From positions 26,281 through 87,737 of the forward strand of contig RHPI01002071.1 in the NCBI GenBank assembly GCA_009103225.1: a DNA stretch of 61,457 bases, read 5' to 3'. The translations under genes were made by a program, and so were the position numbers. This DNA is from Chlorokybus atmophyticus (taxonomy: Eukaryota; Plantae; Mesostigma and Chlorokybus algae). Below, one piece after another: positions 49,032 to 61,081 of the stretch. How positions within the stretch are numbered: position 1 is the stretch's first letter; every line of letters starts with the position of its first letter. A model generated the notes under the pieces. It did no database searches. It was not told the DNA's origin and saw nothing but the letters and a program-made list of their open reading frames with translations.

Positions 49032-52000
49032 CTACACTGCCGCAGCCGCCAGCACAGCGTCCGCTTCCGCCGTTGGTGCCGCCATCTGGACTGGGCCCCA
49101 GCCTGGTACCGCCGCTACGATTGCCGCTCCCCGTTCTAGGATGGTGATGCCCTGGGCACGCTGCAACGCGCATGACACGCGCTGCCGGTATAGAGCCAAG
49201 TAGCCCGACAGCCTGCTCAACGGCAAGTCACGTGTAGCCAGTGCCCTCCTAGCGCATGTGTCAATGACGTCGTGAAAACTCTGGCCCAGGGTGCCGTGCG
49301 TCTCGGCGGCGAGGGGATGAAATGTGTCGGCGGCGGGGTGATCGTGGTATTTCCGCCGCTTCGCCTGCTCCGCCGCCATCGCCGCGCCTCCCGGTTGCTC
49401 GCCGCATGCGGTGATCGTGACATCTAAGAGCATGCGCGTATCTCGACCGGGTTCGAAGGCCACCAAATCCACTCGCCTCCCTCTCGTCTCACCCGGCAGT
49501 ACCGGCATAAACCCGCTCTGCTCCCTGCTGACCGAAAACCCTGCGTCACGCATCACACCATATACCTCGTCGCGCAACGCGTCATGCGTCGCTGTGCGGC
49601 ACCTCCCAAAAGGGCAGCGGAGTAGGTGCGTGCCCTCGGCCGTGAGCGGCCACCCGCACAAGCAGTGCTCGACGTTGACCAACAGCGGGTGCGGTAGTCC
49701 CAGCAGCGTCCTAAGCGCGGTCCGGAAGATGTCGGCGGAAATGCGTAGTGCCGGGAAAAGTGGCAAGGCCGACAGCCACGCGCCAGCACCGACACCCGAA
49801 GCCGATTGACGCCGCGCTCTGTCGGTGGTAGCCGCGGTGGCATTGAATCGGTCGACCAATGCGGCGTCGACCATGGCGGAGATGTCCTCCTGCAGCTTCC
49901 GCGCTTCCACGCGCGCCAACGCCGACAAGGGCGGAAGTGTGCGGCGTGCGCCGATGGTGGCAGCAGCTGCGTGGCAGCTCTCAAATCGCGTTAAAACAAA
50001 ACGCCGACGTCGGCGCTGTCGATGGCGTCGACGAAATGCGGTGATGGAGGGGCGGTGAAACGGCGGCGCAGTTGGCATGCCGCTGCGGCCCATCCGCCGA
50101 CGTAAGCCGCGGGTGCATGCAGGCAGCTGCAGCGCAGCCCTAAACCGCCCGATCGAATGGGCAGCAAGATCTGGGCCGTCACGCGCTCTGCACGGTGCGA
50201 CGCCGCCGGCCACGCGGGCGACTGCACCAGGGCCCGGACCACACCCTGAAGCGCGCCGTCAAAAGATGCCAAAGCCGACCGGAAAGTCGGTGTGGGGGCG
50301 ACCGTACGTGTGAGGTAGCCCGGGCGTGCCGCCACGCACTTAGTCAGCAGGAGCAACGCCACCTGAGTGTCCGGCAGGGCCTGAATGGCCGGCAGATCGT
50401 CCATAAAAGCCTGCAAGGACTTCTGACAATGCGCTTCCGCAAAAGATACCGTACCAACCGGCACACCCAGGGCTATGAGGCCATCATTGCAACGCGCGAC
50501 GCTGGCCTCTACCTCGAGCAAGCGCAGGGCGGCCGCGTCAGCGCTATAAGCGGCCGATTTGTGGAGGGCGACGTGGAGGCCCACACACGCCATCTCCGCT
50601 GTGAGCGCGCGTGATGCTGTTGTCACCTCGTCGGGGGGGCCGACCAGGAAAGTGTCATCAGCGAACGTAACAGCACGTGCACAGCGGTAATTCGGCAACA
50701 CACGTGCCACCACGCGGGTGTGCACCAAAGCATACAGAAAACCCGCCAATGGCCTTGTCTAATTCCCGTCGATGATGGGATGGCAATGACGTCCGCGCCA
50801 CGCCGGTACCACAGGGTGGATGGGGCGCCATACCACAGTCTGACAAACGGAATGTAACCCGCGAAGGGAGAATCTCGGAGCTCCGCGAACATTACTGCGC
50901 GATCAACGGTGTTGAAAGCATTGGAGATATCCAGCCGCAAGATAACATTGTCTGGATGCGCCTCGGACCAGACGCGTAGGCCGTGCGCCACGAGCTCAGC
51001 CCCAGACCTTGTGGCCACGGCGTACTGCCATGGCTCAAAGAAATCGGCCAACGCCGGGCGGTCTTGAGCCAGCAAGGAGCGTGCCACCAGGCGCTGCAGG
51101 ACATCTCCCACTGCGATCGGACGGACACCCGCAGCAGCCGAAGCCGGGTCTTTGCGAAGGGCTGATAAAGATGACGTGGCTAAAGCGGAAGCCACCAACG
51201 CTGGGACCAAACCGGTCACAAGCAGCTGACACATGTTATGAAACTGACTCCATGTCGACGTGTGCGTGGCGCCCGCCAGCAGGATGTCTCGCATGTGTTC
51301 GTACGTCCACCCGGACGGATCAGGAGCAGTGAGACGGCGCGCCGTGAGCAGGCTGTCCCTCAAAGTAGTGGCGGACAACTCAAGCACTTCGGTCGGAATA
51401 AAATCAGGCACCCAAGCAGGCACAGGGTCAGCTGGGACCGGATGGAGACGGCACAAAGCGGCCACTGTTGCGTCGTCGGCCGGTGCCGGCGAGGATGGAG
51501 TCAGTGCCGCGGCAGCTCTGCTCAGCTGGCCTGCGTGGGCGAGTGCGATGGCACGGCGAACATTCCAGTCAGATGGGCGACGACTGGCCGCCGCTTCAGT
51601 CGACATGCGGCGTGTTGCTGCTGCAGCCGCAGCCGCGGTACGATCGGCCCAAAGTCCCTCCCAGTCGCCTGATTCAAACCGCCGGCAACGGTCGCGGACG
51701 GTACCTTTAACGCGTCGCTGGTCCTGATCGTGGCACGCCGTCAGTAGAAGGCGTGGCAAAAGCAGCCACAAATCCCAGCCGTCCGTTTCGGCTGGAGACG
51801 CTAGGATGCGCGCTAAAGCCAGCGCCGCGCAGCGTGACACATCGATGCGCGCGCCATAAGGCACATGCAACAAGCTTCGGGCGCCGTCAGGTAGGAGGTC
51901 CGTGGCTAAGTCGCGGCTACGTAGCCACTGCCAGGCCGTAGCCGAGGGCGGAACAGGCGGCATGTGGCGTGCTGAGGCAGCAGGAGCGGCCGCCTGCGCG

Positions 52001-52998
52001 CGTGCGGTGGAATCACGGCGGGCTTGGCAAGCTCGGGTGTGGGCGGCCAATCCTGCCGCAGTGGCGCACACGCGGCTGCACAAAACGCAGCGGCCACCAC
52101 CTCGATCGGGAGAGGGTGCCGGCGGGTCGCCGGATCCGGAAGGTGACGCGTCCGGGCGCGCCCTGGGGCCTCAGCCGCCTCGACGCGCAGTAGGCACAGC
52201 CGCAGGAGTCGATGACGAAGCCGGCGCAGCGGCGGCCGCCGGCGGCCCGGCGGGTGGTGGTGGTGCGGCAGCAGGGACCGCGGGACATGCTTGGGTGGCC
52301 CGAGCTGCCTCGTCGCAGGCCGCACGATCGGGTCGGGGATCCAACGTGTGGCGGGCTAGCGGCGCCGCCGCTGCCTGGACGTCGTCGGCCGCTGGTTGGA
52401 CGGGTGGCGGCGCCGGTGGCGCTGGCTCCGGAGCCTGCGGCTCCGTCGTCGTCTCAGTGGTTGCAGTAGTGGGCCCTGGCGGTGTCGTCGTGGAGGCCGG
52501 AGCAGTCGCCGTCGCCGCCTCCACCGTCGCCAGGGGAGCTGGTTGCTGGGGTGCTGCTGTTGTTGCCGTGACGGGTGCTGCCAGGGGCGGTGGCTGCTGA
52601 TCTTCATCAGACGAGGAGGAGCTGTAGGAAGGGCCGGACGCCATGCCAAGGTCGCTGCTGCATTGTGGAGAGCCCGGGCATGGGCGGACGGAGCGGCGTG
52701 CCTGTCGAGGGCGGGCACGCTTGCGTGGGCGGCTGGGCGAGTCGCTATCGTCCATTGGCGTGGGGCGGTCACTGCTACCTGCACCTGGCCTAACAGCCCT
52801 GTACAACCTCCGCTCTAAGAGCTCACCTTGTGAAGCCGGCTCCCGCTGTCCTCCCCCACGCCGTCCACCACCCCTATCCCTCCCGTGCTCATGCACTGCT
52901 CGCCCTGGGGACGAAGCTGCACCACTCCCAGCTGCGCCTGGCCCTCCTCCCCCACCTGGCCCAGGCGGTTGCGCGCTGCGCCGCCGCATGCCGGCCAT
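49032..52998 (-). mobile_element. CRE-clade non-LTR retrotransposon (single ORF: Pro/Ala-rich N-terminus, Zn finger, RT, CCHC, restriction-like endonuclease), with one in-frame stop and two frameshifts
   Basis: ORFs 52171-52998 and 50623-52083 are in the same frame, separated by one TGA. Zn finger CVLCSRVCATAAGLAAHTRAC. RT motifs VRPIAVGDVLQRL, QYAVATRSGAE, LDISNAFN, GIRQG, TFADD. CLCG...THLLRC...THD. Endonuclease RRVDLV...LLDVTIT...AKRRKY...PLAAETHGTLG. Frameshifts near 50750 and 50010. Confidence 0.92.
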
Positions 52999-54048
52999 TC
53001 CCTCAGGGCGTAATCAGGCCTCTCTGTAGTACACACTCTCAAACCATGCATGCGCATGCATACTGTGTTGTGTGCAAGTTGCAGTGTGCACGTTACCACC
53101 ACAGACACACAGGCTTGGACATGTGTCTGTGTGTGCGTGTGGAAGGGCCTCCAGGCTTGGTTAGCACAACACGCCCGCGCACAGCAGAGCTCACTACCAC
53201 TCCTTATGCAAATGTTCATACAAATTGGGCGGACTACACACATGAATTGGCAGCAAGCATTTGCTACTTCTTCCATGTACAGGCCCTGAAATCTCCCAGA
53301 TGCCGCCATCAACTCAGCTAGTACACAGTAGGACAGTTTGCTCCATGTCACCACTGCCAACACCGTTGCCGACACAACATGCACCAACAACTCCAACTGC
53401 AGCTTTGCTGCTTGTGGTGAGAGCAGTTGTAAAAGCAAGATGACGACAGGGGGAAGTATTGTGTGCGGCAGAACAGAAGAATAGATGCAAGCAACTGCAC
53501 ACGCGCACTCAGCAGAGTATACGTGGTATCTCATGCCACACGTGCGCACACGCAGACGCGTGTCTGTGCTGGCTGCAGACGTGTGACTGTGTGCATGTAC
53601 ACAAATGCACACAGCAAACCTGCTAAGGCATGTCATAATATACACATAGACGCGCGTGCACACATGCATGGCTGTGAGTGTGCACCTGTGCATGTACATG
53701 TGTACATGCCCTTGAAGTGCGGTAAGTTAAGTTAACCCGTGTGCACGGTTGTGAGCACTCTGATGCATGAGGATGTAGCTGTGTGTGCATATACGTGCAT
53801 GTGCGCATGCATGCAAGCCTGTGCGCACTCATGTGCGTGTGTCTATGCATGAAGACCACGCATGTGTGTATGTGAGCAAGTGCGTGCAAATGCATGTTTC
53901 ACACTGCATGTGTGCGTTGTTACCTACCTGTAACCATGACTCGGTTGGTGGCAAACTCGATGTTGGACCAGGTGTGTTATCACACATTGGTGCGGTGTGG
54001 CCATTGCGGATGACGGATGATTGCCACAAACGCTTCCTTCTTCTCTCG

Positions 54049-56143
54049 CTATTGCTCGAGGGTTTTCTTAAGGGCCCCAACATCTTCCTCCCAGCCTTCA
54101 GATTTGTTAGCCTGTGCCTTTAGAATGTCTAGCTGCACTTGCTCAATAGCTTGCTCGGCGCGATTCCTGCTTTGCATTGCGGCAAACTCACTACGCAGAA
54201 CTTGTTGCCTTTGATCTGCTTCTTCGACAGGCGGTAATTTTGACTTTGCACCCTATCAACGTGCACCACAAGATCAACAACAGGTTGGCAAGAGCATCCT
54301 CGCACACCCATGACAACATCAACTACAAACCTACACACATGCATCATGCCCATTGCCTCACCCGGCTGCTTTGTGTAATTTGACGCATGATACACAAGTG
54401 CATTGAGGTCGGTGCAGTTACGAGCATTGCTGCTTCGTCTTCAAGGACAAATGCACCTGGTAAGTCTTGTGCCCACTCCGAGGACGTTTGAACACCAAGC
54501 AAGTTGGCTGCAATCATTGCAACAAACGCTGCTGCTGATACTTTCTGCAGCAGGTAGTCCGCACCCACAGCGAAACATGTAGAGTCCTCAATTGCATCAA
54601 CGGCTGTGGCATAATCTTTGCCACTGAAGCCGCCATTCTGCGCAGGCGTATAACCCAACTTGACTTCGGTTTGAATGGGAATGAGAAGAGTCTGCACAGC
54701 TGCGCAGCAACAACGTTCATCAGAAAACTTCCTGCTCTTGTCTCAATCTCGGAATGCTTAGATGCCCATAGCCTTCGTGCTTTAATAACACTATAAATCA
54801 TCGCCACATGCCACATGCAATCCCTTCAACCCTTCTGCAGTTGTTGGTACTCACCTCGCTGCCATGACTTATAGCGCTTAAATCTGATGACGGCATTTTA
54901 GAGTACATGTGCATTTCCGCCACATGCCTGCGGACGAACACTGCCGTTGATTAAACATGTCTGAACCTGCGTGTAAAAACTGAAAGCTATTCAAGATAAC
55001 AAATGAGCTATCTGTCGTAAACTTACATTGTATACGAACGTCCAATCGTAATCGCTGAGAATACCACTTGTCCCGCTCATTTGCAATTGCCTGGCAACGT
55101 ATTCTCGCGCATCCCCTTCCGCAAAATCGCCATCCGTATATGTGGTGGACTAGCACGCCTACTCCTGCACATACACCATGCACATGAGTCAGCAGCTAGA
55201 CCAGTCAAGGTGCATGACATCAATTTCAATATGTCATCAACCAAAACACAATTGTGGTCAAGTCACAAGTGTCAGAATCCGAATCACATTATACATTCCC
55301 TTCAATAACACACTTGAATGGATTCACAGCAAACACTTACTTGTACTTGTCTAATTGCGCTCAACACAACAAACACATGCTATTGCCATGCTGCCACAAT
55401 CCCCACCGGAGCGTGCACGCCTTGCAACAACTTACTTCTCTTGATGAACTTGAGAATGCGTATTCCGAGGATGCGAGTATGACATGGCTTGGTCCCTCTT
55501 GCTTGGTGATCCGCACAAAGAACCTAAGAAGGTGGTTAAGCTCCTCATGGTAGTAACGAGACCACGCCATGATGACGTTTGCCTCGACAATAATCAAAAC
55601 AGGGATGTCGCCAGCAGTCGCCAACGTGCCCTCTCTCCGTGCCTTCGTCCATTCATCCAGTACAACATTGTATACGTCCAGCACCGCGTGCAGTGAGATG
55701 GGCTCTGCTTCCATTTGCTGCAGTGCAGTCTCGCTGTTGAAGAAAAATATGTCATAGCCTCTAGCTTGCTGAGGCCAATCAACGGACCACTTTGGGCGAG
55801 ACATAAAGCCTCGAACACGCGCGTCACCAGAGTCCAGGGCTTTCTAGTGGCCAGCCTCGCGGTGGTTCTTTTGGCAGCTAAAGACCAATGGCTGGCACAG
55901 GCAGTGCAAGCAATGCTTCTGCCATCTGTTGGGGTGTGGACAAGCATGTTGCTCGGCCATCAATGTAACAGCGGATACTCTGTGAACCCGTTGGCGCCTT
56001 CATGAACGCCTTGAGGAGCATGGTTTTACCACACGAGCGCGGGCCGTTGATAATAGAAATGCCTTCAGGGTGGTTGCTGCAAAGCATGTGCAACTGGTCC
56101 AGCTCATGTTGGCGGTTCAACAATTCTTCTCGTGTGACGGGTC
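54049..56143 (-). CDS. P-loop ATPase (AAA_16/'archaeal ATPase'-like) with C-terminal coiled coil, multi-exon; the 5' end probably extends to ~56630
   Basis: LNRQHELDQL...IINGPRSCGKTMLL (Walker A); PVLIIVEANVIMAW (Walker B position); LLRFFVRITKQEGPSHVILASSEYAF; NLLGVQTSSEWAQDLP...VTAPTSMHLCIMR; last exon SKLPPVEEADQ...KKTLEQ* with TAG at 54049-54051. Confidence 0.7.
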
Positions 56144-57195
56144 CTGCAGTAACGGAGTGACTGACCGTCAGTCAGATTAGGCCAACCGTTGCAGTCATCA
56201 TCATCACATGCATTGCACAGTACGTCTTGTCTACATGCATACACAACCACCCAGCAATTGAAGCCAGGCAGGAGACCCAGACCCAGACCCAGACCATGCA
56301 ATACCTACAAGTCAAAGGCTTGATATTGCCACCGCCGTTGGTGCCGCCGATGGGTGCAGCGGTCGCCATGCTGATTTCCAAACGAGGGGTACCAGCAGCG
56401 AAGGCGCACCAACAAGTTTATGCTTTGTAACTAGTCGTCCTTGTCGTACTTGCCGTCGTTGTTGCTGAGAAAAGATGTAGGAAGGAGGAAGAGCAGGAGA
56501 TGCTATGTCGCCCCGAACACAGCAAGTGCTGCGTTTTTGCAGCCAGAACCTTGTCGCACTACCCAGACGATGAGGCCAGTCGCAAGAAGCCACTGCTGGC
56601 AGCATTGCACGCGCGAGAGACGACGCCATGACAGCACGCGCGCCCAAGAGGAAGACCACCTTCCCACTCATCACTTGCTCCTGCCTCTGTTGCTCAGCAC
56701 TCAACGTGTGCGAAAGCGATGACAAATCTGCCGCAAGCAACCATGCACGGTCAGAGAGAGCAATCGAGCGAGAAAGAGAGACTGCGCACGAGGATCTGGG
56801 CGACGCGACCCGGTCGACGCAGAGCGGCACGGCTGTACGCCCAGCTGGGAGAAACGCTAGCCCGAGGGTTGCGAGAGCTCGGCACCGGTCACGGGAGAGG
56901 GCCTGCAGGGCCAGGGAGCCAGTGGAAGACACGAGCTGCACGCTTCTGACAGCAATGCATGCGCACACTTGATAATGCAATATACATATTATCCCTCATT
57001 TATGCTTACCAAAGACAAGAGAACATCCAAACATGTCGTTGATAATTGTAAGAAATTATACATCCTAGTGTGCTAGTTCCGATGTACAACCTAACAATCT
57101 TTAAGCACTGGATACATATCACATGTACACACGGTTTTTCAACCAAGTGTACACTTATATTGCAACACTGCTCAACGTACTGGTGGGGCCTGGGA

Positions 57196-59411
57196 CTATT
57201 GTGGCAATTCGCATCTGAAATCGTAAACACCTTCGCAAACCTCTACGTATGGCTGGCAATATACTCTACGGTCGTTAACTGGACAGCAAGTACCATCCAT
57301 GTAGGCATCACAACCCTGTCCCACAAGATGACAGCCTCCAGGACCGCTGGGTGGAGTCGTCGCTGGGTCAGGTGGTGGGGGCGGAGATATGCACGACGTC
57401 AGCTTGCACGCTGCCTCACAAGCTTGCTTCAAACCGCACACCACTTTCAAACCCAAGGGTATTTCTGGAGCAGCCACACCGGCAAACCACGCTGCTATGT
57501 CCACTGCAGAACTGACTGCACACACTGGATCAAACAGTATTTTCATGGTCTGACACAACCTGCTACAAGAATCTGACGGGTTCGAGCAGCCTGGTAGATT
57601 GTCAATGAGAAAGTCATGGGCCATGGGTATGAAAATGTCCGACGGCATGGCGCTACTTATTGTCTGGCCACCAACAGACATGGAGAGCATAGGAATAGCC
57701 CCGGTAAAGTCCCACAGCACGCCTGTGATATTGGCTGTGGGCCGAGGTCGAGGGATGTTGTATTGAAGAGACAGCAGTTGAGTAGGATTACCACGGAACT
57801 TGAAGTCTGGTTGGTCCCAGTAGTAGACGTCACTGTTGATGGGCACGGATGACTGAAGGCTACAAAAGTTGGGGAAGGAAATGGAGGCAAACGGGTCCGT
57901 GCCCATAGGGCCCACACGCGTATCATTAGTATTGGACACCGGGTAGTAGCTCATCTGGGGCGGGCTATACGGGTTGCTATAGGTGCAGTTGCGGACATCA
58001 GCGCATGCATCCCAGCATTCCGCACCGCAATCAACTCCAGTCTCATTGCCATTCTGCACGCCATCGTAACACGTTGGCGCAGCCGGAGTTGCCGCGGAGG
58101 AAGGAGCTGGCGCAACAAGCTGAGAGGGTGGGCTCTGCGAAGGTTTGGGGGGAGGTGGGTTTGAAGAGCGGAGTGGCTGTGGAGGGGGAGAGCGACGCAC
58201 AGGAGGGGAGTAAGGAGGTGGGGGTTGAACAGGTTTAGGCGGAGGAGATGCAAGTGGCAGTGGTGAGGGAAGTGGCCGCATGGGAGGCGGGGGACGAAAG
58301 GGTGATGGCGCCGGAGTTGCCGCGGAGGAAGGAGCTGGCGCAACAAACCGAGGGGGTGGGCTCTGCGAAGGTTTGGGAGGAGGTGGGGGTGAAGCGCGGA
58401 GTGGCTGTGGAGGGGGCGAGCGACGCACAAGAGGAGGGGAGTGGGGAGGTGGGGGTTGAACAGGTTGTGGCGGAGGAGAACCAGGTGGCAGTGGCGAGGG
58501 AGGTGGCCGCATGAGAGGCGGGGGTAGAAGAGGACGAGCAGTGGCCGTGGGAGGAGGACGCGCTGACTGAGGAGGAGGTGGATGGACAGTGGCTTTCGCA
58601 GGAGGAGGACGCGCTGACTGAGGAGGAGGTGGTCGGGCAGCAGCCTTCGTAGGGGGAGGCGTTGATTGAGGAAGGGGTGAATAAGCAGTGGCCATTGCGG
58701 GAGGAGGATGTGATGACGGAGGTGGTGAATGTTGCAAGGGAGGCGATCGCAGCGGCGGAGAGCGTGGCACTGCAGCGGGAGGAGGCGCTTGCACTGGTGC
58801 TGAGACTGAACTCAGTGTGCGGGAGGCCCTGCAATTGGTTGCACATCTATGAGTAAGCAAGAACGCCTCAACACGCTTGGGACTCAATGTCCATCGCAAT
58901 CTGACTTTGCAAGATCCTAGGTGACAATAGAAACATACGGGTTCACCTGACAACCAGCATACAATGCTCAGCAATGATATGGTGGAACACACAAAGTCAC
59001 AGAGGCTGTGTATACTTGTGTTAGCTCTCAATGCATCTGCTGCACCACAGTGCTAGTGGCAAAGATACATAGAACTTCGGTTGATGCTAGTAGACAGTGT
59101 TCCCTAACTTACTTCTGCTACGTGTGAGTGAGCAGCAGGGAAGAGTCGACTGCTAAGTGGTTAAGGCCAATCACGCTACCGCTGAAATGCAGTATAGTGA
59201 CTAGGGTCGGGTTGTATCCTGTATGAGAGAAGTGGGAACACTATCCTATAGGATGATTGAAACCAAAGGACTGAACTCACCTTGAAGCTCTTGTCTGGCC
59301 GGTGGTCCTGACGCTTGTGCGAGCTTCAGTAGCTGTGTATGGCGTGAGCAGAAGCAGGGCAAGAATCATGCCAGTGACATGCCGCTGCGACGACATACTA
59401 CTCAGAGCCAT
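57196..59411 (-). CDS. Secreted proline-rich (HRGP/extensin-like) protein with Cys-rich modules; join(59411-59281, 58828-57196), ~587 aa
   Basis: Exon 1 encodes MALSSMSSQRHVTGMILALLLLTPYTATEA (signal peptide) and ends at GTGAG. The CAG acceptor at 58829 is phase-compatible with the long ORF. SPPP/PPP repeats; CYDGVQNGNETGVDCGAEC; Cys-rich C-terminus. Confidence 0.8.
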
Positions 59412-59529
59412 GGCGCCGGCAGCAGCGACAGCTATAGCACAAGCTCTTGGTTTAGCAGAGATTTGCATTGGGTTATAAATGCGCGCACTCCAGAGCAGCT
59501 TGATACGGCAGCGCGGCTTGAGAGCCAGA

Positions 59530-59900
59530 GCCGCGCCCTTCAAAACAATCCTGACGCCAGATTTCCAAGCGGCGCATTTCCAACTGCGTCGCAAGCCGCG
59601 CCCTTTATGAAAATCCTGACGCCAGATGTCCAAATGGCGCATTGCCAACTGCGCCGCAAGTTGGCGACAGGAATACCTGGTCTTCCGCGGCATCATTACT
59701 GACCCTAATCCGCGGCCCAATCTCCTCTCCAGGACCATAAACCGCGCAAGCGGCGCATATCCAACTGCGCCGCAAGCCGCGCCCCTCACATGCATTCTGA
59801 CGCCAAATGTCCAAGCGGCGCATTTTTAACTGCGCCGCAAGTAGGCGACAGATATATCTGTTGTTCACCGCGGCAGCACTTACCCTAACCCGCGACCCAA
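59530..59900. repeat. Higher-order repeat: 181-bp unit x2, each with two 65-bp subunits containing the palindrome GCGGCGCA-N8-TGCGCCGC
   Basis: Cores CAAGCGGCGCAtwtccaacTGCGCCGCAAG at 59566, 59631, 59747 and 59812 (spacings 65, 116, 65). Confidence 0.9.
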
Positions 59901-60180
59901 AATCTGCTCAAGGATATTCAGCGCCGAGTACCCACCTGTCAGCAGAAGTCGCGGGGCTGTCCAATGTCTTCATGTCCCCGCAGGGCCGCGGCCTAACAGC
60001 ATCCGCCGTTTGGGAATCTTTGTAGGCAAGCCTAGCTAGCGTCGGCGCCTCTGTCCGCAAGTGGACTCGCTGCAGCACTCTTGTCCTATCGAGACACGAA
60101 TTAAATCGATACCTGGCAACTTGGCCCCCAGCAAAGCATTATCACGTCGCAAGTGTCGTCAATCGCAATTCGAATGGTAT

Positions 60181-60684
60181 TCACAGCGCGAGCATCGGGA
60201 ACGGGATGCCACTCCTGGGGGCGGCGGCCCCGCCCCGCGTGTCGGGAACCGGTATGGCCTCCACGCCAGTGATCGTCGCGCTCAGCACGCGCACGTCGCG
60301 AGACGTGGGCGAGCGCGTGAGCACCGCGGTGACCGTCTGCACCGTGACGGGAGCGGCCACCGTCGCCACCACATTGTACACGATCAGAAGACTCGGCTTG
60401 GTCTTAATCAAGCTCTTTACTACCAGCGGCAACACGGCCGTGTGCGGCCGATCGTTGCGGACTCTCCGCGTGATGGCGTCGATACTTATCGCCAGTTCGG
60501 CCGCGGTGTACGGCAGCGCGGGAGACGTGGAGTCCCCCAGCGCCGCCGCCGCCGCCGACGCGTACGCGGCATCGGCAACAGCCCTCGCCGTCGCGACGTC
60601 GTCAAATTGTTCCCGCGAGCGGCCGGCGCGAAAGTAGTAGCAAGCCAGGATGATCATCAACAGGGCGACGCATAGGAACTGCAT
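60181..60684 (-). CDS. Intronless 167-aa protein with N-terminal transmembrane helix; giant-virus-like hypothetical membrane protein
   Basis: MQFLCVALLMIILACYYFRAGRSREQF: an N-terminal hydrophobic helix, then a basic stretch and an E-x-F motif, a pattern frequent in Nucleocytoviricota membrane proteins (recollection, not a search result). Confidence 0.6.
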   Translation of the reverse strand: MQFLCVALLMIILACYYFRAGRSREQFDDVATARAVADAAYASAAAAALGDSTSPALPYTAAELAISIDAITRRVRNDRPHTAVLPLVVKSLIKTKPSLLIVYNVVATVAAPVTVQTVTAVLTRSPTSRDVRVLSATITGVEAIPVPDTRGGAAAPRSGIPFPMLAL

Positions 60685-60713
60685 GCCGCCGCGTGTAATG
60701 CCCTGCGAAATTT

Positions 60714-61079
60714 ATGTCGTCAGCACGCATGGCCTCCTCACAGGACTGCGTTCTGTATTACAGCACCAGGTGCGCTCATTCCGCGCGCTTCACGCGCGAG
60801 CTCAATGACGTGCCGAGCATCGCGGCTCGTTTCAGGCGCGTGGACGTTGACACCTCGGCCTTCCCCGCGCAAGTGACGACTGTACCCACCGCGTGATTCG
60901 AGGGCGGGCGCTACGCGCTGCAAGGGGCGGCGCTGTTCCAGTGGCTGGAACAGCAGAAGCGGCGGACGATCGGGGGGTACGAGGTCAGCACCGAGCTGTT
61001 CGATGCCGGCTTGGCGTTCGCCTACATGGACGACGGCAGCGGCCTCGAGCAGCGGGCTCGCTCGTTCTGCACCATTTGA
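60714..61079 (+). pseudogene. Thioredoxin-fold protein of giant-virus type, interrupted by an in-frame TGA at 60894-60896
   Basis: CVLYYSTRCAHSARF...RRVDVD...VTTVPTA*FEGGRYALQGAALFQWLEQQ...AFAYMDD...SFCTI*. The CxxS site and cis-Pro VP motif are present, and the frame stays open and protein-like past the stop. Confidence 0.65.
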
Positions 61080-61081
61080 GA

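Noticed and set aside
50077-53029. Long plus-strand and alternate-frame ORFs over the CRE element
   Set aside because: They are shadow ORFs expected from GC-rich coding sequence on the opposite strand.
59530-59900. CRISPR array
   Set aside because: The context is eukaryotic, the sequence between cores is itself repeated rather than unique, the spacing is irregular and no cas genes are present.
60894-60896. Selenocysteine codon in the thioredoxin-like ORF
   Set aside because: The TGA is not at the CxxS redox position, and the convergent gene leaves no 3' UTR for a SECIS element.
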